Below, piece after piece: positions 41,701 through 51,100 of a stretch of 64,000 nt of DNA (positions are counted from its first letter, which is position 1; every line of letters begins with the position of its first letter). The notes beneath the pieces are model-generated. The model made no database searches. It worked only from the letters and a program-made list of their open reading frames with translations, and was not told where the DNA came from. Made by a program: the position numbers and the translations under genes. Source of the stretch: Limnothrix sp. BL-A-16. GTDB lineage: Bacteria; Cyanobacteriota; Cyanobacteriia; CACIAM-69d. The stretch lies in NCBI GenBank assembly GCA_041937175.2, contig CP166615.1, forward strand, positions 1,504,001 through 1,568,000, written 5' to 3'.

Positions 41701-44032
41701 GAATTTCATGAATAATTTCAGCCGCTCGACTAATGTGCTCAAAATAAAAAGAACCATCGATGCGGCGCACCAAAATGTAGATATTGGCTGGTGAGGAATC
41801 GGAAATATCTAGAAACTTTAACTCACTTTGTTTCAGAGCAACTTCTGTTAATTTTCGATCAGTAATATCAATGGCCGTGATCGTGACATGCCAACAATCC
41901 CCTAGCACATCCCACACAGCATTATTGGTTTGCGAAATCCATCGAATAAGTCCTTGATGATTATAAATTCGATATTCATATGTTCCCGTTCTTTCATGAA
42001 TAATGTCTTCTATAATTTGATCATAAACATTTTGCCAATCCTCTGGATCAATATCTTGCATCCAAAGATTTTGATTGATCAACAGCTCTTCGCAGGTGTA
42101 GCCAAATAAAGTTTCGCAACCGGCAGAAACGCGATCAATTTTCCAGGTATGATTCTTAAAAAAACGCAGACTCACGATTCCCGCGATCGCACTGTTCAAA
42201 ATGTCCTTTGCTTGAGCCTCTGATGTTTTGAGGGCCCGCTCTAACTGCTTGCGCTCTGTGATGTCTGCAATAATTCCTGTAACTTGAATAATTTCCTGCT
42301 GTGCATTCAGGATTGGTTTTCCTTTAATTTGAATGTAACGGGAATTGCCCTTAGCCGTGATGATTCGTAAATCAGCATCAAAAGGCCGATGAGTAATCAC
42401 TAAATTAATGACATCTTGCTGAAATCGTTCTCGATAGGCTGGATGGATGAAGTTGATTAATTGCTGAGCTTTCAAACCCTTGACTGGTTTGTCAAATTCA
42501 CAAATTCGATAAATTTCCGGTGACCAGACGATCGCCCGCTTGGCCACGTTCAGCTCCCAATGGCCCACATGGGCAATTCTTTGGGCTTCTAAAAGACGGG
42601 CTTGGCTTTTTTGTAAGGCGGCGGTTTTTTCTTCAACCTTTAATTGCAGGATTTTTTCATAATCTGCCTGGGCTTGTCGAGATTTTTTCAGTGCCTTCAA
42701 AACTTTCTGAATGGAAAGATTGAGCAGATCAAATTCCAAAATCTGAACATTTTCAACTGGTTGTAATTCTTGGGTTTGGCGATCATGGTTGAGAGCCTTG
42801 GTCGCCACTCGCAACCATTGGAGCGATCGACTAATTCGATAGCCAGTCCAAATTCCTGTGGCTACTGCTCCCAACAAAGCCAACAGGCAAAGCAAGATTG
42901 TGCGGTAAATATTGCTATGGATTTGATCCATAAATACCGACTGGGGCAGCACAATCACCGTGAACCAATTTAGCTCGCCTCGGATAGGAATAATCTGTAC
43001 AAAATAGTTTTGCTCTCGAATTTGAATCGTTAGCTTAAGCTTTGTTTTAATTTGTTCTAGATTGATTTTGTTATTTCTAATAATCTGTGCCGTTTTTGAA
43101 ATTAAATTATCCTTGCTTTGAGTGGCATCTAAGCGCCGATTATGGTGTTGAGTGTTTTGGGCTAATATTTTTCGAGGACTGGCATCAAAGGGTAACTCAT
43201 TGGCAGAGCTGGCCACCAATAGCCCGTTGGGTTCCATCACAAAGATTTGCCCCTGACCATTGGTGTTAATGGATTGAAGAAAGTCTCCAAATTGTTGCAA
43301 ATAAAAGCTGGCTGCTAGGACACCTTGAAACCGGCCAGACTGATCATAAAAAGGCACCGTCCGAATCAAGTGCAAGATTGGATTTTGCTTGCCCTTAGAT
43401 AGACTAATTCCCAATGTCCAAAGACCAGCGGGGGTGCGTTTGGCCTTCAAGTACCAAGGATCGTGGGGTGGATCGCGATGGGGATAATAATCACGGCGAA
43501 TTTCGAGCAAAACGCGCTGCTGACCCTCACGATTTGCCCAATAGCGGAGGAGCGATCGATCGGGTGAGGCAGCTTGCAACCGACGAATAATCAGCGCGTT
43601 TGGATCCGGACGCTCAACGGCTAGAAAATCGCCCGCCTCATTAGACAGGGCCAAAGTACTCAGTTTAGGAAATAGCTTAAGCTGTTCAATAAAAAATGAC
43701 TCAATCCCGTTTAGGTCTAGGCTACTCAAGTGACCTTTGCGGATCAAAAACGCATTGTTTTGAGTTGTGATTTTGGGAATGGATAGGTAATGATCTAAAT
43801 CCTGCTGAATTTGATTTGCTTTATTATCTAGCAGCCGATCGACCAGAGATTCAACAGCATCGCTGCCACTGCGATAGGACAAATATCCCACCACACTCAC
43901 CACGATTCCCACTTGCAGCACAAAGGGAACCGTAATGACGTAATTGAGGGGAAGTTTATGTGTTGTAATTCGCCGAGCTAGCCTTTTCAGATACCCGGGA
44001 AAACTGACCCGTTGTAGAGACCCAAAATTCAT
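38729..44032 (-). CDS. Hybrid sensor histidine kinase (Cache, 5 PAS/PAC, HisKA, HATPase, REC)
   Basis: Five PAC ends (DITERK, DITDRK x3, DITDQK), FLANMSHELRTPLN, NLVGNAIKF, DTGAG, GTGLGL, REC ILIVDD..ILMD..SKP. Confidence 0.93.
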   Translation of the reverse strand: MNFGSLQRVSFPGYLKRLARRITTHKLPLNYVITVPFVLQVGIVVSVVGYLSYRSGSDAVESLVDRLLDNKANQIQQDLDHYLSIPKITTQNNAFLIRKGHLSSLDLNGIESFFIEQLKLFPKLSTLALSNEAGDFLAVERPDPNALIIRRLQAASPDRSLLRYWANREGQQRVLLEIRRDYYPHRDPPHDPWYLKAKRTPAGLWTLGISLSKGKQNPILHLIRTVPFYDQSGRFQGVLAASFYLQQFGDFLQSINTNGQGQIFVMEPNGLLVASSANELPFDASPRKILAQNTQHHNRRLDATQSKDNLISKTAQIIRNNKINLEQIKTKLKLTIQIREQNYFVQIIPIRGELNWFTVIVLPQSVFMDQIHSNIYRTILLCLLALLGAVATGIWTGYRISRSLQWLRVATKALNHDRQTQELQPVENVQILEFDLLNLSIQKVLKALKKSRQAQADYEKILQLKVEEKTAALQKSQARLLEAQRIAHVGHWELNVAKRAIVWSPEIYRICEFDKPVKGLKAQQLINFIHPAYRERFQQDVINLVITHRPFDADLRIITAKGNSRYIQIKGKPILNAQQEIIQVTGIIADITERKQLERALKTSEAQAKDILNSAIAGIVSLRFFKNHTWKIDRVSAGCETLFGYTCEELLINQNLWMQDIDPEDWQNVYDQIIEDIIHERTGTYEYRIYNHQGLIRWISQTNNAVWDVLGDCWHVTITAIDITDRKLTEVALKQSELKFLDISDSSPANIYILVRRIDGSFYFEHISRAAEIIHEIPVSTLLQDANTLLDRIHPDDQEAYYQAVERSIEGLRPFEHEWRVINPSGKVKWLQGSASPKRRENGEIAWYGVAIDITDRKIAQDALSESESRLVRLSSVSPVVIYSVVEEPGKPVEYEYLSAAFEEIHEVPLSAAIQNPMITFNQIHPDDQESYIQAVEWSSQNLQNFRHEWRIITPSGKVKWLQANSRPELRGNQEIVWHGVVQDITDQKAIANALAKTTEELDQFFSVALDLLCIADVNGRFQRLNLQWSKILGYPLEELEGSRFMDYVHPEDVEETMLALNELVNQNELHGFVNRYRCKDGSYRWIEWRSVPVNSVIYAAARDITDRKLAELQLQEAKDKAEAANRAKSLFLANMSHELRTPLNIILGFSQLINRDIHLSESHREYMNLIQNSGTHLLMLINDILDLSKIEAGQFTLDEEEVDLYEILYSLQITFQQQALKRENQLILEIGDRVPRYIVLDSKKLKQILFNLVGNAIKFTAQGSIAIRVDLISTLIVNTFQVYPYPSLAGGRSPVNSGACDPILTENPDFKATTFQPGQNETYKGQFCNHDYLQFQVIDTGAGIESEDLKAIFDAFSQSAAGKKSSEGTGLGLTISQQLVQLMGGVLTVESAVGLGSTFMFTLPLRTGRSPGKKSEHQPWGPPQNQTMIAELARSPASFWGDRLDSKMLSQSRLNHRESGAVADSLASDRPAESPTIGLAAIRSHYRILIVDDRPDNRLLLVQLLSQLGFAVQEAMDGADAVQRWQDWHPHLILMDLRMPGCDGYQATQQIRALEPSRSTVILAITAQALVEDRDQAIAVGCDDYLSKPISDQILIQKLDYYCQKADQSSDPLDHVPRDQSDFLLTIPNHSPEFVAPFNGALDSQEPLDPLDTPDPWNQLLNQRLDHFSDHFMNFFPEQLGDRADALSGLRHHQQVQEFLAKMPRDWLMQLQHAAALCAEDSMRALLQTIPKEQAPLSDYLGQLIYDFAFDKIHQLVSRCLNAPFE

Positions 44033-44392
44033 AAATACCCAAAATAAGACCCAGAGTCAGAGGGTGGGCGCTGGTGTCCCGGGAACTATCGCATGGGTCT
44101 AACCAGCTTTTGCAGGAAGCTTTTACAAGGAGCTTTTGCAGGAATTGATCCCACCATAACTCTGATAACAAGCAAAAGCGCCCTCCTTTTTAGCAAGGAA
44201 AGCGCCCTGATTTAGCGATATATGAAGCCTGCCGCTTCCTGGGGTAAATGCACAAAAATTCCTGGCTCTAGGAATTAACAGGCTTTGGCAGGATGGCTCC
44301 AGCCCCATGCTTCAGCCCAGCGCGTTTTGTTTTGTGTTTTGCGTTGTACTTTGTTGTTTCGCCTGTTTCGCCTGTTTCGCCATTTTCTGGTG

Positions 44393-44776
44393 CTAAGGAA
44401 CGATCAACACCGGACAGGGAGACAGGTCAATGACGCGATGGGCAGTGCTTTCGGCGGCTCCTTCGGTGGTTAGACCCATGCCCCGGCTGCCCATGACGAC
44501 CAGGCTTGCTTCCACTTCATCGGCCACATCACAGATGGTGAACGCGGGCATTCCCTCGCGCTCAATCACTTCGGCTTCGAGGCCCCGCTCGGCAAACATG
44601 GCTTTAGCCCGGCTGAGGAGGGTTTCAGCCGCTTCGATGGCCCCTTCATCGGGGCCTGGAACGACCGACAGAATGACTAATCGACTGTTGTGCAGTTGCG
44701 CCAGTTGGGCAACGGTTTCGGCCGCCTCGCGAGATTCGGGCGATCGATCGATCGGAAAAAGAATCGTCTCGAACAT
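44393..44776 (-). CDS. Universal stress protein
   Basis: MFETILFPID, VMGSRG, CPVLIVP. Confidence 0.92.
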   Translation of the reverse strand: MFETILFPIDRSPESREAAETVAQLAQLHNSRLVILSVVPGPDEGAIEAAETLLSRAKAMFAERGLEAEVIEREGMPAFTICDVADEVEASLVVMGSRGMGLTTEGAAESTAHRVIDLSPCPVLIVP

Positions 44777-44795
44777 CTTTAGGGGAAAATATTCA

Positions 44796-44843
44796 CCGCG
44801 TGAACTTCCGCGAAAACTCCCGCGCGAATTTCCGCGAGACGCA
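44796..44843. repeat. 12-bp CCGCG-core tandem repeat, 4 copies, between divergent usp and pgk
   Basis: ccgcgtgaactt / ccgcgaaaactc / ccgcgcgaattt / ccgcgagacgca. Confidence 0.7.
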
Positions 44844-44862
44844 TTGAAAGGAGGTTTTTATC

Positions 44863-46068
44863 GTGTCAAAGAAAACTGTAGCAAATTTGTCGGCGGCTGA
44901 TGTAGCTGGCAAGCGCGTCCTTGTGCGCGTTGATTTCAACGTACCTCTCGACGATGCTGGCAAAATCACCGACGACACCCGGGTTCGGGCCGCCCTGCCC
45001 ACAATCCAAGACCTGACCGGCAAAGGCGCGAAGGTCATCCTGACCAGCCACTTCGGCCGTCCTAAGGGGAAGGTTGTTGATTCGATGCGTCTCACGCCCG
45101 TGGCTGTGCGGTTGTCGGAACTGCTGGGCAAACCGGTAGTGAAAACCGATGACTGCATTGGTGACGAGGCAGCAGCAACGGTTGCAGCCATGAACGATGG
45201 CGATGTGGTGCTGCTGGAAAACGTGCGGTTCTACGCGGAAGAGGAAGCAAACGATCCTGAGTTCTCGAAGAAGCTGGCTTCGCTGGCGGATCTGTACGTG
45301 AACGATGCGTTCGGTACGGCTCACCGGGCCCATGCCTCCACCGAAGGCGTGACCAAGTTCCTCAGCCCCTCCGTTGCGGGTTACCTGATCGAAAAGGAAC
45401 TGCAATACCTGCAAGCGGCGATCGAACATCCGAAGCGGCCTCTGGCGGCGATCGTGGGTGGCTCGAAGGTGTCGAGCAAAATCACCGTGATCGAAACCCT
45501 GCTGGACAAGGTGGACAAGCTGTTCATCGGCGGCGGCATGATCTTTACCTTCTACAAAGCCCGTGGCCTGTCCGTGGGTAAGTCGCTGGTGGAAGAGGAC
45601 AAGCTGGAGCTAGCACAGGCTCTGGAAGCCAAGGCCAAGGATAAAGGCGTGGAACTGTTGTTGCCCACCGATGTGGTGTTGGCGGATAACTTCGCTCCTG
45701 ATGCCAACAGCCAAACGGTCAGCGTGGAGAAAATCCCCGATGGCTGGATGGGTCTGGACATTGGCCCCGACTCGGTGAAGGCGTTCCAAGCGGCGCTGGA
45801 AACTTGCCAATCGGTGATCTGGAACGGGCCCATGGGCGTGTTCGAGTTCGACAAATTCGCGGCCGGCACCAAGGCGATCGCGGAAACCTTGGCGACCCTG
45901 ACTCCGAAGGGCGTGACCACGATTATTGGTGGTGGCGACTCGGTGGCTGCGGTGGAAAAGGTGGGCGTGGCTGACCAAATGAGCCACATTTCGACCGGTG
46001 GCGGCGCAAGCTTGGAGTTGCTGGAAGGCAAGGTGCTGCCCGGGATTGCGGCATTGGATGAGGCCTAA
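44863..46068 (+). CDS. pgk: Phosphoglycerate kinase
   Basis: [54 protein letters not shown] with GTG start. Confidence 0.98.
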   Translation: MSKKTVANLSAADVAGKRVLVRVDFNVPLDDAGKITDDTRVRAALPTIQDLTGKGAKVILTSHFGRPKGKVVDSMRLTPVAVRLSELLGKPVVKTDDCIGDEAAATVAAMNDGDVVLLENVRFYAEEEANDPEFSKKLASLADLYVNDAFGTAHRAHASTEGVTKFLSPSVAGYLIEKELQYLQAAIEHPKRPLAAIVGGSKVSSKITVIETLLDKVDKLFIGGGMIFTFYKARGLSVGKSLVEEDKLELAQALEAKAKDKGVELLLPTDVVLADNFAPDANSQTVSVEKIPDGWMGLDIGPDSVKAFQAALETCQSVIWNGPMGVFEFDKFAAGTKAIAETLATLTPKGVTTIIGGGDSVAAVEKVGVADQMSHISTGGGASLELLEGKVLPGIAALDEA

Positions 46069-46126
46069 ATCTCAGGCTAGGATCCATTAACCCCCGAAGA
46101 TTGCGGGAATCCCTGAAGATTGTGGG

Positions 46127-46150
46127 GACAAGGGGCTTAAGCCCCTTGTC
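46127..46150. repeat. Stand-alone 24-bp perfect palindrome (MITE core without terminal repeats)
   Basis: gacaaggggcttaagccccttgtc downstream of pgk. Confidence 0.85.
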
Positions 46151-46193
46151 TTGCGCGATCCCTTGTAGGGGCACACCATCCTTGCAATCCTCC

Positions 46194-46221
46194 GTGGGGG
46201 CGTACGCCGGTGCGTCCCCAC
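46194..46221. repeat. REP-like GC-rich palindrome
   Basis: gtgggggcgtacgccggtgcgtccccac, preceded by a gtaggggc half-site at ~46165. Confidence 0.55.
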
Positions 46222-46329
46222 CCGGGTTTTCGTTCCCTTGCTTGGGGTTTGTGGAATGACTCTTAGGTTTGAGTAACTTGAGTTTGAATAACTTGAGTTT
46301 GAATAGATTTAAGCCGTTAAGTTTGAGCC

Positions 46330-47376
46330 ATGAAATTTAGCGAATTATTGAAACAGTTAGAAAAGCTGAGCGATCGCCCCTTCGATCAATTCTCCTTGGC
46401 GGATGATCCTGAGCTGACCACGATCGCCCCGATCGCCCAGGCCCAGGGCGGTCAGTTGACCTACTTGGAAGGCGATAAGTTTGCGGACTGCTTGGAAAGC
46501 ACCCAAGCCGCCGTGATTTTGCCCAATCGCCCTGAGTTAATTCACCAAGCCCGCACGCAGGGGTTAGCCTGGGTGGCGGTGCAAGATCCCAAAATGCTAT
46601 TTGCAGTGGCTGTGCGGCTGTTCTATCAACCCTTTAAGCCCAAACCCGGGATTCACCCCAGCGCCTGGATTGATCCGACCGTGCAACTGGGTCAAGAGGT
46701 GTCGATCGGGCCCCATGTGGCGATTTATGAGGGGGTGACGATCGGCGATCGGGTTTGCCTCATGGCCAATGTGGTGATTTATGGGGGCGCGTCGATCGGG
46801 GCCGATTCCTGGCTCCATGCCAACTGCACCATTCACGAGCGATCGATCATTGGGCAACATTGCATCATCCACAGTGGCGCAGTCATTGGTGATGAAGGAT
46901 TTGGCTTTGTGCCCACGGCCCAAGGCTGGCAAAAGTTGGATCAAACCGGGCGCGTTGTACTCGAAGACGGCGTAGATGTGGGAGTCAACAGCACGATCGA
47001 CCGGCCAGCCATGGGCGAAACCCGCATTGGCCGGGGTACCAAGCTCGATAATATGGTTCACATTGGCCACGGCTGCCAATTGGGTGAAGGCTGTGCGATC
47101 GCCGCTCAAACGGGCTTGGCGGGTGGCGTGGAGTTGGGCAAAGGGGTAATTCTGGCCGGACAGGTGGGCGTAGCCAACAATGTCAAAATGGGCGATCGGG
47201 CGATCGCCTCCTCCAAGTCCGGTTTGCACAGTGACGTACCGGCCGGCGAGGTTGTCTCCGGCTATCCAGCCATTCCCAACAGTCAATGGCTCAAAACCTC
47301 CGCCATCTATCGCCGCTTGCCCGAGATGCAAAAGCTACTGCGGCAGATTCAATCTCACTTGGGCCTCAAGGACTAG
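46330..47376 (+). CDS. lpxD: UDP-3-O-acyl-glucosamine N-acyltransferase
   Basis: Hexapeptide repeats; [21 protein letters not shown]. Confidence 0.96.
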   Translation: MKFSELLKQLEKLSDRPFDQFSLADDPELTTIAPIAQAQGGQLTYLEGDKFADCLESTQAAVILPNRPELIHQARTQGLAWVAVQDPKMLFAVAVRLFYQPFKPKPGIHPSAWIDPTVQLGQEVSIGPHVAIYEGVTIGDRVCLMANVVIYGGASIGADSWLHANCTIHERSIIGQHCIIHSGAVIGDEGFGFVPTAQGWQKLDQTGRVVLEDGVDVGVNSTIDRPAMGETRIGRGTKLDNMVHIGHGCQLGEGCAIAAQTGLAGGVELGKGVILAGQVGVANNVKMGDRAIASSKSGLHSDVPAGEVVSGYPAIPNSQWLKTSAIYRRLPEMQKLLRQIQSHLGLKD

Positions 47377-47429
47377 GTGGTTGGGAGAATTTTCCAGTGA
47401 AAGTTCCTCATTCCTGCGACACTCTGTAA

Positions 47430-47654
47430 TCAATCGCCCCAAGCTTCCGTATTCAGAGGACGAATTAGACGGCTTTGAATTAAGTGTTCAACGGCCCGCT
47501 CGATCGCATCCAGCGCATAGCCCGTGTTCACTTGAATCAAATCCAACGTGGCTGCAAAGCCCTTGCGATCGCACTGTTGAATAACACGTAAAACATCCTG
47601 CTCAATGGATGTTAGCTCTTGGGGAGCAAGGTGCATGGAAGATGCTTTAGACAT
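47430..47654 (-). CDS. Small hypothetical protein, possible winged helix
   Basis: LTSIEQDVLRVI...TGYALDAIERAVEHLIQSRLI resembles a wHTH pattern; start uncertain. Confidence 0.5.
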   Translation of the reverse strand: MSKASSMHLAPQELTSIEQDVLRVIQQCDRKGFAATLDLIQVNTGYALDAIERAVEHLIQSRLIRPLNTEAWGD

Positions 47655-47727
47655 GACAACCCTCCGACAACGTAGCAGTTCGGTGGCAGGTGTGTGGCGA
47701 GGAACTGGAATCTTCATCGACCCCATG

Positions 47728-47799
47728 GAAATCAATCTAGAAATTGGCCCAGAAACTAACCTGGAAGTCAATCTAGAAATCAATCCAAAAATCAAAAAG
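47728..47799. repeat. Degenerate 12-bp tandem repeat, 6 copies
   Basis: gaaatcaatcta / gaaattggccca / gaaactaacctg / gaagtcaatcta / gaaatcaatcca / aaaatcaaaaag. Confidence 0.65.
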
Positions 47800-48115
47800 G
47801 TCGGTGAGTGAACCCATGGCAAAACAGCCTATCCATGGCGCTCATCTACGAAAAAACCAGAACGAAGGAAAGCCGACCTAAAAAACCAAAGTAAAATAGG
47901 CTATCCTTCTGAACTCTACTGTCTTTTAGAGAGCTTGACGGCAATTTCCGGACAATGTTCTCGTTTAGTTACGTAATTTTACGTAGAGTGCTGCCAAGGG
48001 CGATCGCCACTGTCTGGGATCCAGCAGAAGCGGTTGATTTTCCATGCTCTAAGCCCCTTGCTCCCGCGATCTGGTTACGGTGGAATCCTGGTTTCGGGCG
48101 ATGTGACGACGGGCC

Positions 48116-48637
48116 CTATTGTCCCGATCGCAGGTGGTAAACTTCCTCGGCCACGCGCTTCAAACGACGGAGCTGGGCTTGCATGTCGCCTTGCACCCAC
48201 CCGGCTGCCACCCGATCGAACCCCCAACGAACGAGGGGATTGGGGATCACGAATTCAAACCGATTGATTAACTGAGTGCCGGATCCATCGGGAATACATT
48301 CCCAAGAGTCGCGCCCCATAAAAAAGCCAGAAAAAGCCCAAACAATTTTGCCGGGCGATCGCTCCGCCACCGTGCATTGCAACGCCGGTTCCAGCAGGGG
48401 AATTTGCAACACAAATCGGGTGCGATCGCCCAAATTGGTTCCCCAGCGATCGCCCACGGGATCACAGCGTAGGGCCGGGTTTAGCCATCGATGCATCAGC
48501 TCGCGATCGGTGAAGCACCATTCAACCGCCGTGGCACTAGCCTGAATCGCGATCGACTGTTCATAAACTCGCGGCAAAACCGATTTACCTTGGCCGCGAG
48601 CCAGTTGAGTTCGAGTTGTAAAAAGACGGGAAGACAT
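48116..48637 (-). CDS. SRPBCC (polyketide cyclase-like) family protein
   Basis: EQSIAIQASATAVE, LMHRWLNPALRC, LINRFEF, DMQAQLRRLK. Confidence 0.85.
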   Translation of the reverse strand: MSSRLFTTRTQLARGQGKSVLPRVYEQSIAIQASATAVEWCFTDRELMHRWLNPALRCDPVGDRWGTNLGDRTRFVLQIPLLEPALQCTVAERSPGKIVWAFSGFFMGRDSWECIPDGSGTQLINRFEFVIPNPLVRWGFDRVAAGWVQGDMQAQLRRLKRVAEEVYHLRSGQ

Positions 48638-48729
48638 GCCAGGGGCCAAGGAAAAGTAAAAATGGGCGGCTGTATTTCTAGCTGTATTTCTAGAATTTGC
48701 TAGAGGACTTGAGAGACTTCTAGACCTGT

Positions 48730-48869
48730 GAGGGCGTTTGAAACGTCCCTTTTGGCACGGGCCAATCATGAATCGTCATGGGAGCAAGGGGCTTAAGCCC
48801 CTTGTCTGCGTTGATCACTGGGGCGTACAGAGGATCAACTGGGGAGGATCAACTGGTTCAGACATCCTC
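48730..48869. mobile_element. MITE family A (diverged)
   Basis: Ends gagggcgtttgaaacg / ttcagacatcctc; TGT on both sides; perfect core. Confidence 0.82.
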
Positions 48870-48923
48870 TGTGGTTTTAGCTATTTCTGAGCATTACCAA
48901 CATTCATGGCCGGTTCCCTAGTC

Positions 48924-49547
48924 CTAATTGGCAACCGACGCACCGTGACTGCGAGGATCCGTTGCCGCCGATTTTTGGGCCGAATCTCCAGACAACGGAG
49001 CATCAAAATCCGAAGTTTGGCCTTCGTTCACCTTTGCGTAGGGCAGGGTGGCGGTTCCATCGGCCAAGGCCGCCAAATTCGCCGCCATGATTGATTTAGG
49101 CTGCTCCCCGATCGCCTGGGCTAGCTCCTGGCCCTGGGCATTCAAAAAAACAAAGTGCGGAATTCCATCCACTCGATAGCTCAGAATCTCAGGCAGCCAT
49201 TTGGTGTTATCCACATTCAGCATCGAGAAATTGACCCGATCGCCATAGTCCTGCTTCAACTCCCGCAAATCATTGGCCATGGCCTGGCAACTGGTACACC
49301 AATCCGCATAGAACTCCAGCACCGTCGGCTTGCCATTGACGATCGCCTGATCCAACGGCACAGAGTCACGCGCCAACCGTTCCAGAATGTTGCTGTTGGG
49401 TTCCGTGCGTAGCCCCAAAAACAGCACCACCCCTAACAACGCCGCCACAATGGCCACCACCAAATTTGGCAGACGACTACCGGCCGCGGCAGCTCCGGGG
49501 ATCACGGTTGAGGGCTGGGAAGTGGATTCGGGAGAAAGCTGGCTCAT
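48924..49547 (-). CDS. txlA: Membrane-anchored thioredoxin-like protein (TxlA/HCF164)
   Basis: TM anchor, EFYADWCTSC, NVDNTKW, VDGIPHF, DPRSHG. Confidence 0.88.
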   Translation of the reverse strand: MSQLSPESTSQPSTVIPGAAAAGSRLPNLVVAIVAALLGVVLFLGLRTEPNSNILERLARDSVPLDQAIVNGKPTVLEFYADWCTSCQAMANDLRELKQDYGDRVNFSMLNVDNTKWLPEILSYRVDGIPHFVFLNAQGQELAQAIGEQPKSIMAANLAALADGTATLPYAKVNEGQTSDFDAPLSGDSAQKSAATDPRSHGASVAN

Positions 49548-49990
49548 GGCAGAATGGCAAGACGAGAGGGCAAAGCGGAATGGCGGATCAGTTCTGGTGC
49601 TAGGCTAGCGATACAGTCCTCAAGAGCTAAGGACGATCGGGCCCGAACTTCTTTTTGGTGACTCGTTTTTGGTTCCCCGTTGCTGGTGCTCCAGAGTTTT
49701 CGGTGCAGGTTTGGCCGATCGCCCAAACCCCACGACTCCGAAACCAACGGGATCGCCCCCACAACCCCAATCACGACCGCTTTGCTCCGGTAATTGGCGC
49801 TTTGGTCAGTGTTCTAGGGTTAACAGTATTCTGCAAGGGCTATTTTGATTGTAACAACTTCGTTACGTGTCTTCATGGGCTTGTTGAATTGCTGCTGGGT
49901 GGGCCGCCCGCTATTTAGGATTTAGGGGGCATTGGTCGCTGAAGGCTCGATCGCCCTATCCACCGGCCCGAGCGCTGTGGTTTTGCCTAA

Positions 49991-50050
49991 CTGATCTGAA
50001 TTGATCTGAACTAATCCGAATTATCCTAAGTTGACCGGAATTGACCCGAT
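49991..50050. repeat. 10-bp tandem repeat, 6 copies
   Basis: ctgatctgaa / ttgatctgaa / ctaatccgaa / ttatcctaag / ttgaccggaa / ttgacccgat. Confidence 0.7.
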
Positions 50051-50090
50051 TGCCCTGGTTTCCCCGATCGTTCGCTGGCGGTGATTTGTT

Positions 50091-50495
50091 TTGAAAAAGC
50101 GCGTCACACTCACCTTTCCGAAACATGCGGTACAAATGCCAATCACCTATCGATTGGCGAAAGAATTTAACGTGGCTGCCAACATCATTCGAGCGCAAGT
50201 GGCCCCCGATCGTGTCGGGAAATTAGTCGTTGAACTGATTGGCGACATTGACCAAATGGACGCGGCCATGGAGTGGATGGAATCCCTCGATATTGATGTT
50301 TCTTCTGCCAATCGAGAAATCTCGATCGATGAAGTAAGCTGTGTCCATTGCGGTCTTTGCACAGGGGTTTGTCCCACGGGGGCATTGTCGCTCCACCCAG
50401 AAACCTTCCGCCTAGAATTTGCTCGATCGCGCTGTGTAGTTTGCGAGCAATGTGTTCCCACCTGCCCGGTTCAAGCAATTTCCACCAGCTTTTAA
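50091..50495 (+). CDS. NIL-domain 2x[4Fe-4S] ferredoxin
   Basis: FNVAANIIRA; CVHCGLCTGVCP and CVVCEQCVPTCP. Confidence 0.92.
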   Translation: MKKRVTLTFPKHAVQMPITYRLAKEFNVAANIIRAQVAPDRVGKLVVELIGDIDQMDAAMEWMESLDIDVSSANREISIDEVSCVHCGLCTGVCPTGALSLHPETFRLEFARSRCVVCEQCVPTCPVQAISTSF

Positions 50496-50604
50496 TTTTG
50501 CCGGTTTCTTAAAATTCATCAGCTTCTCAATTACGCATTGATTTTCCATGAAAGTTACCTTTCTTATCGATAAAACCTTGTAGTTAAAGAGGAGACAAGG
50601 TTCT

Positions 50605-51063
50605 GTGCGTCTATATAACAATCACACCGGACTATCGTTATTCATTCTGGCGCTGGTTTACTTAGCCTTGAGTTGGGTAGCGCTGCTCGCTGTGCCCCAG
50701 CCCCCCTCATTGGTGGAGGTGACGGTGGCGGCCCTGTTGGTTGCTGTGGCCTTGGCAGCCCTGTTTACGCTCAAGTTACCTTGGCCGAATTTTAGTCAAT
50801 TCTCTTGGTTTCAAACGGCCACCAAGTCCTTCGGAGGCGCAATTCTGGCAGCGATGGCCGTTGTGATTGTGTTGTCGCGGTTGGACATTACAACGGATGT
50901 GATGTTGTTGTTGGCGGCGGAATTTTTGGCCAAGGTGGAGTTGCGGGTGGCGGGTCGATCGCGCTGGCAATCGTTTTGGCAAATGTTGGCGGCCAGTGCT
51001 GTGGGCATTGGGAGCGCGATCGGGCTGGCCCCTTGGTTTTTGATGTCGCGAGTCAGCGAGTAG
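50605..51063 (+). CDS. Hypothetical membrane protein
   Basis: Strongly hydrophobic 152-aa ORF co-oriented between the ferredoxin and cobU. Confidence 0.65.
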   Translation: MRLYNNHTGLSLFILALVYLALSWVALLAVPQPPSLVEVTVAALLVAVALAALFTLKLPWPNFSQFSWFQTATKSFGGAILAAMAVVIVLSRLDITTDVMLLLAAEFLAKVELRVAGRSRWQSFWQMLAASAVGIGSAIGLAPWFLMSRVSE

Positions 51064-51100
51064 TTGATTCACCCAGCTATTGACCGAGGAACCCGTCATC

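Noticed and set aside
49851..49866. NtcA site candidate gtaacaacttcgttac
   Set aside because: Spacing is GTA-N10-TAC, not the canonical N8.
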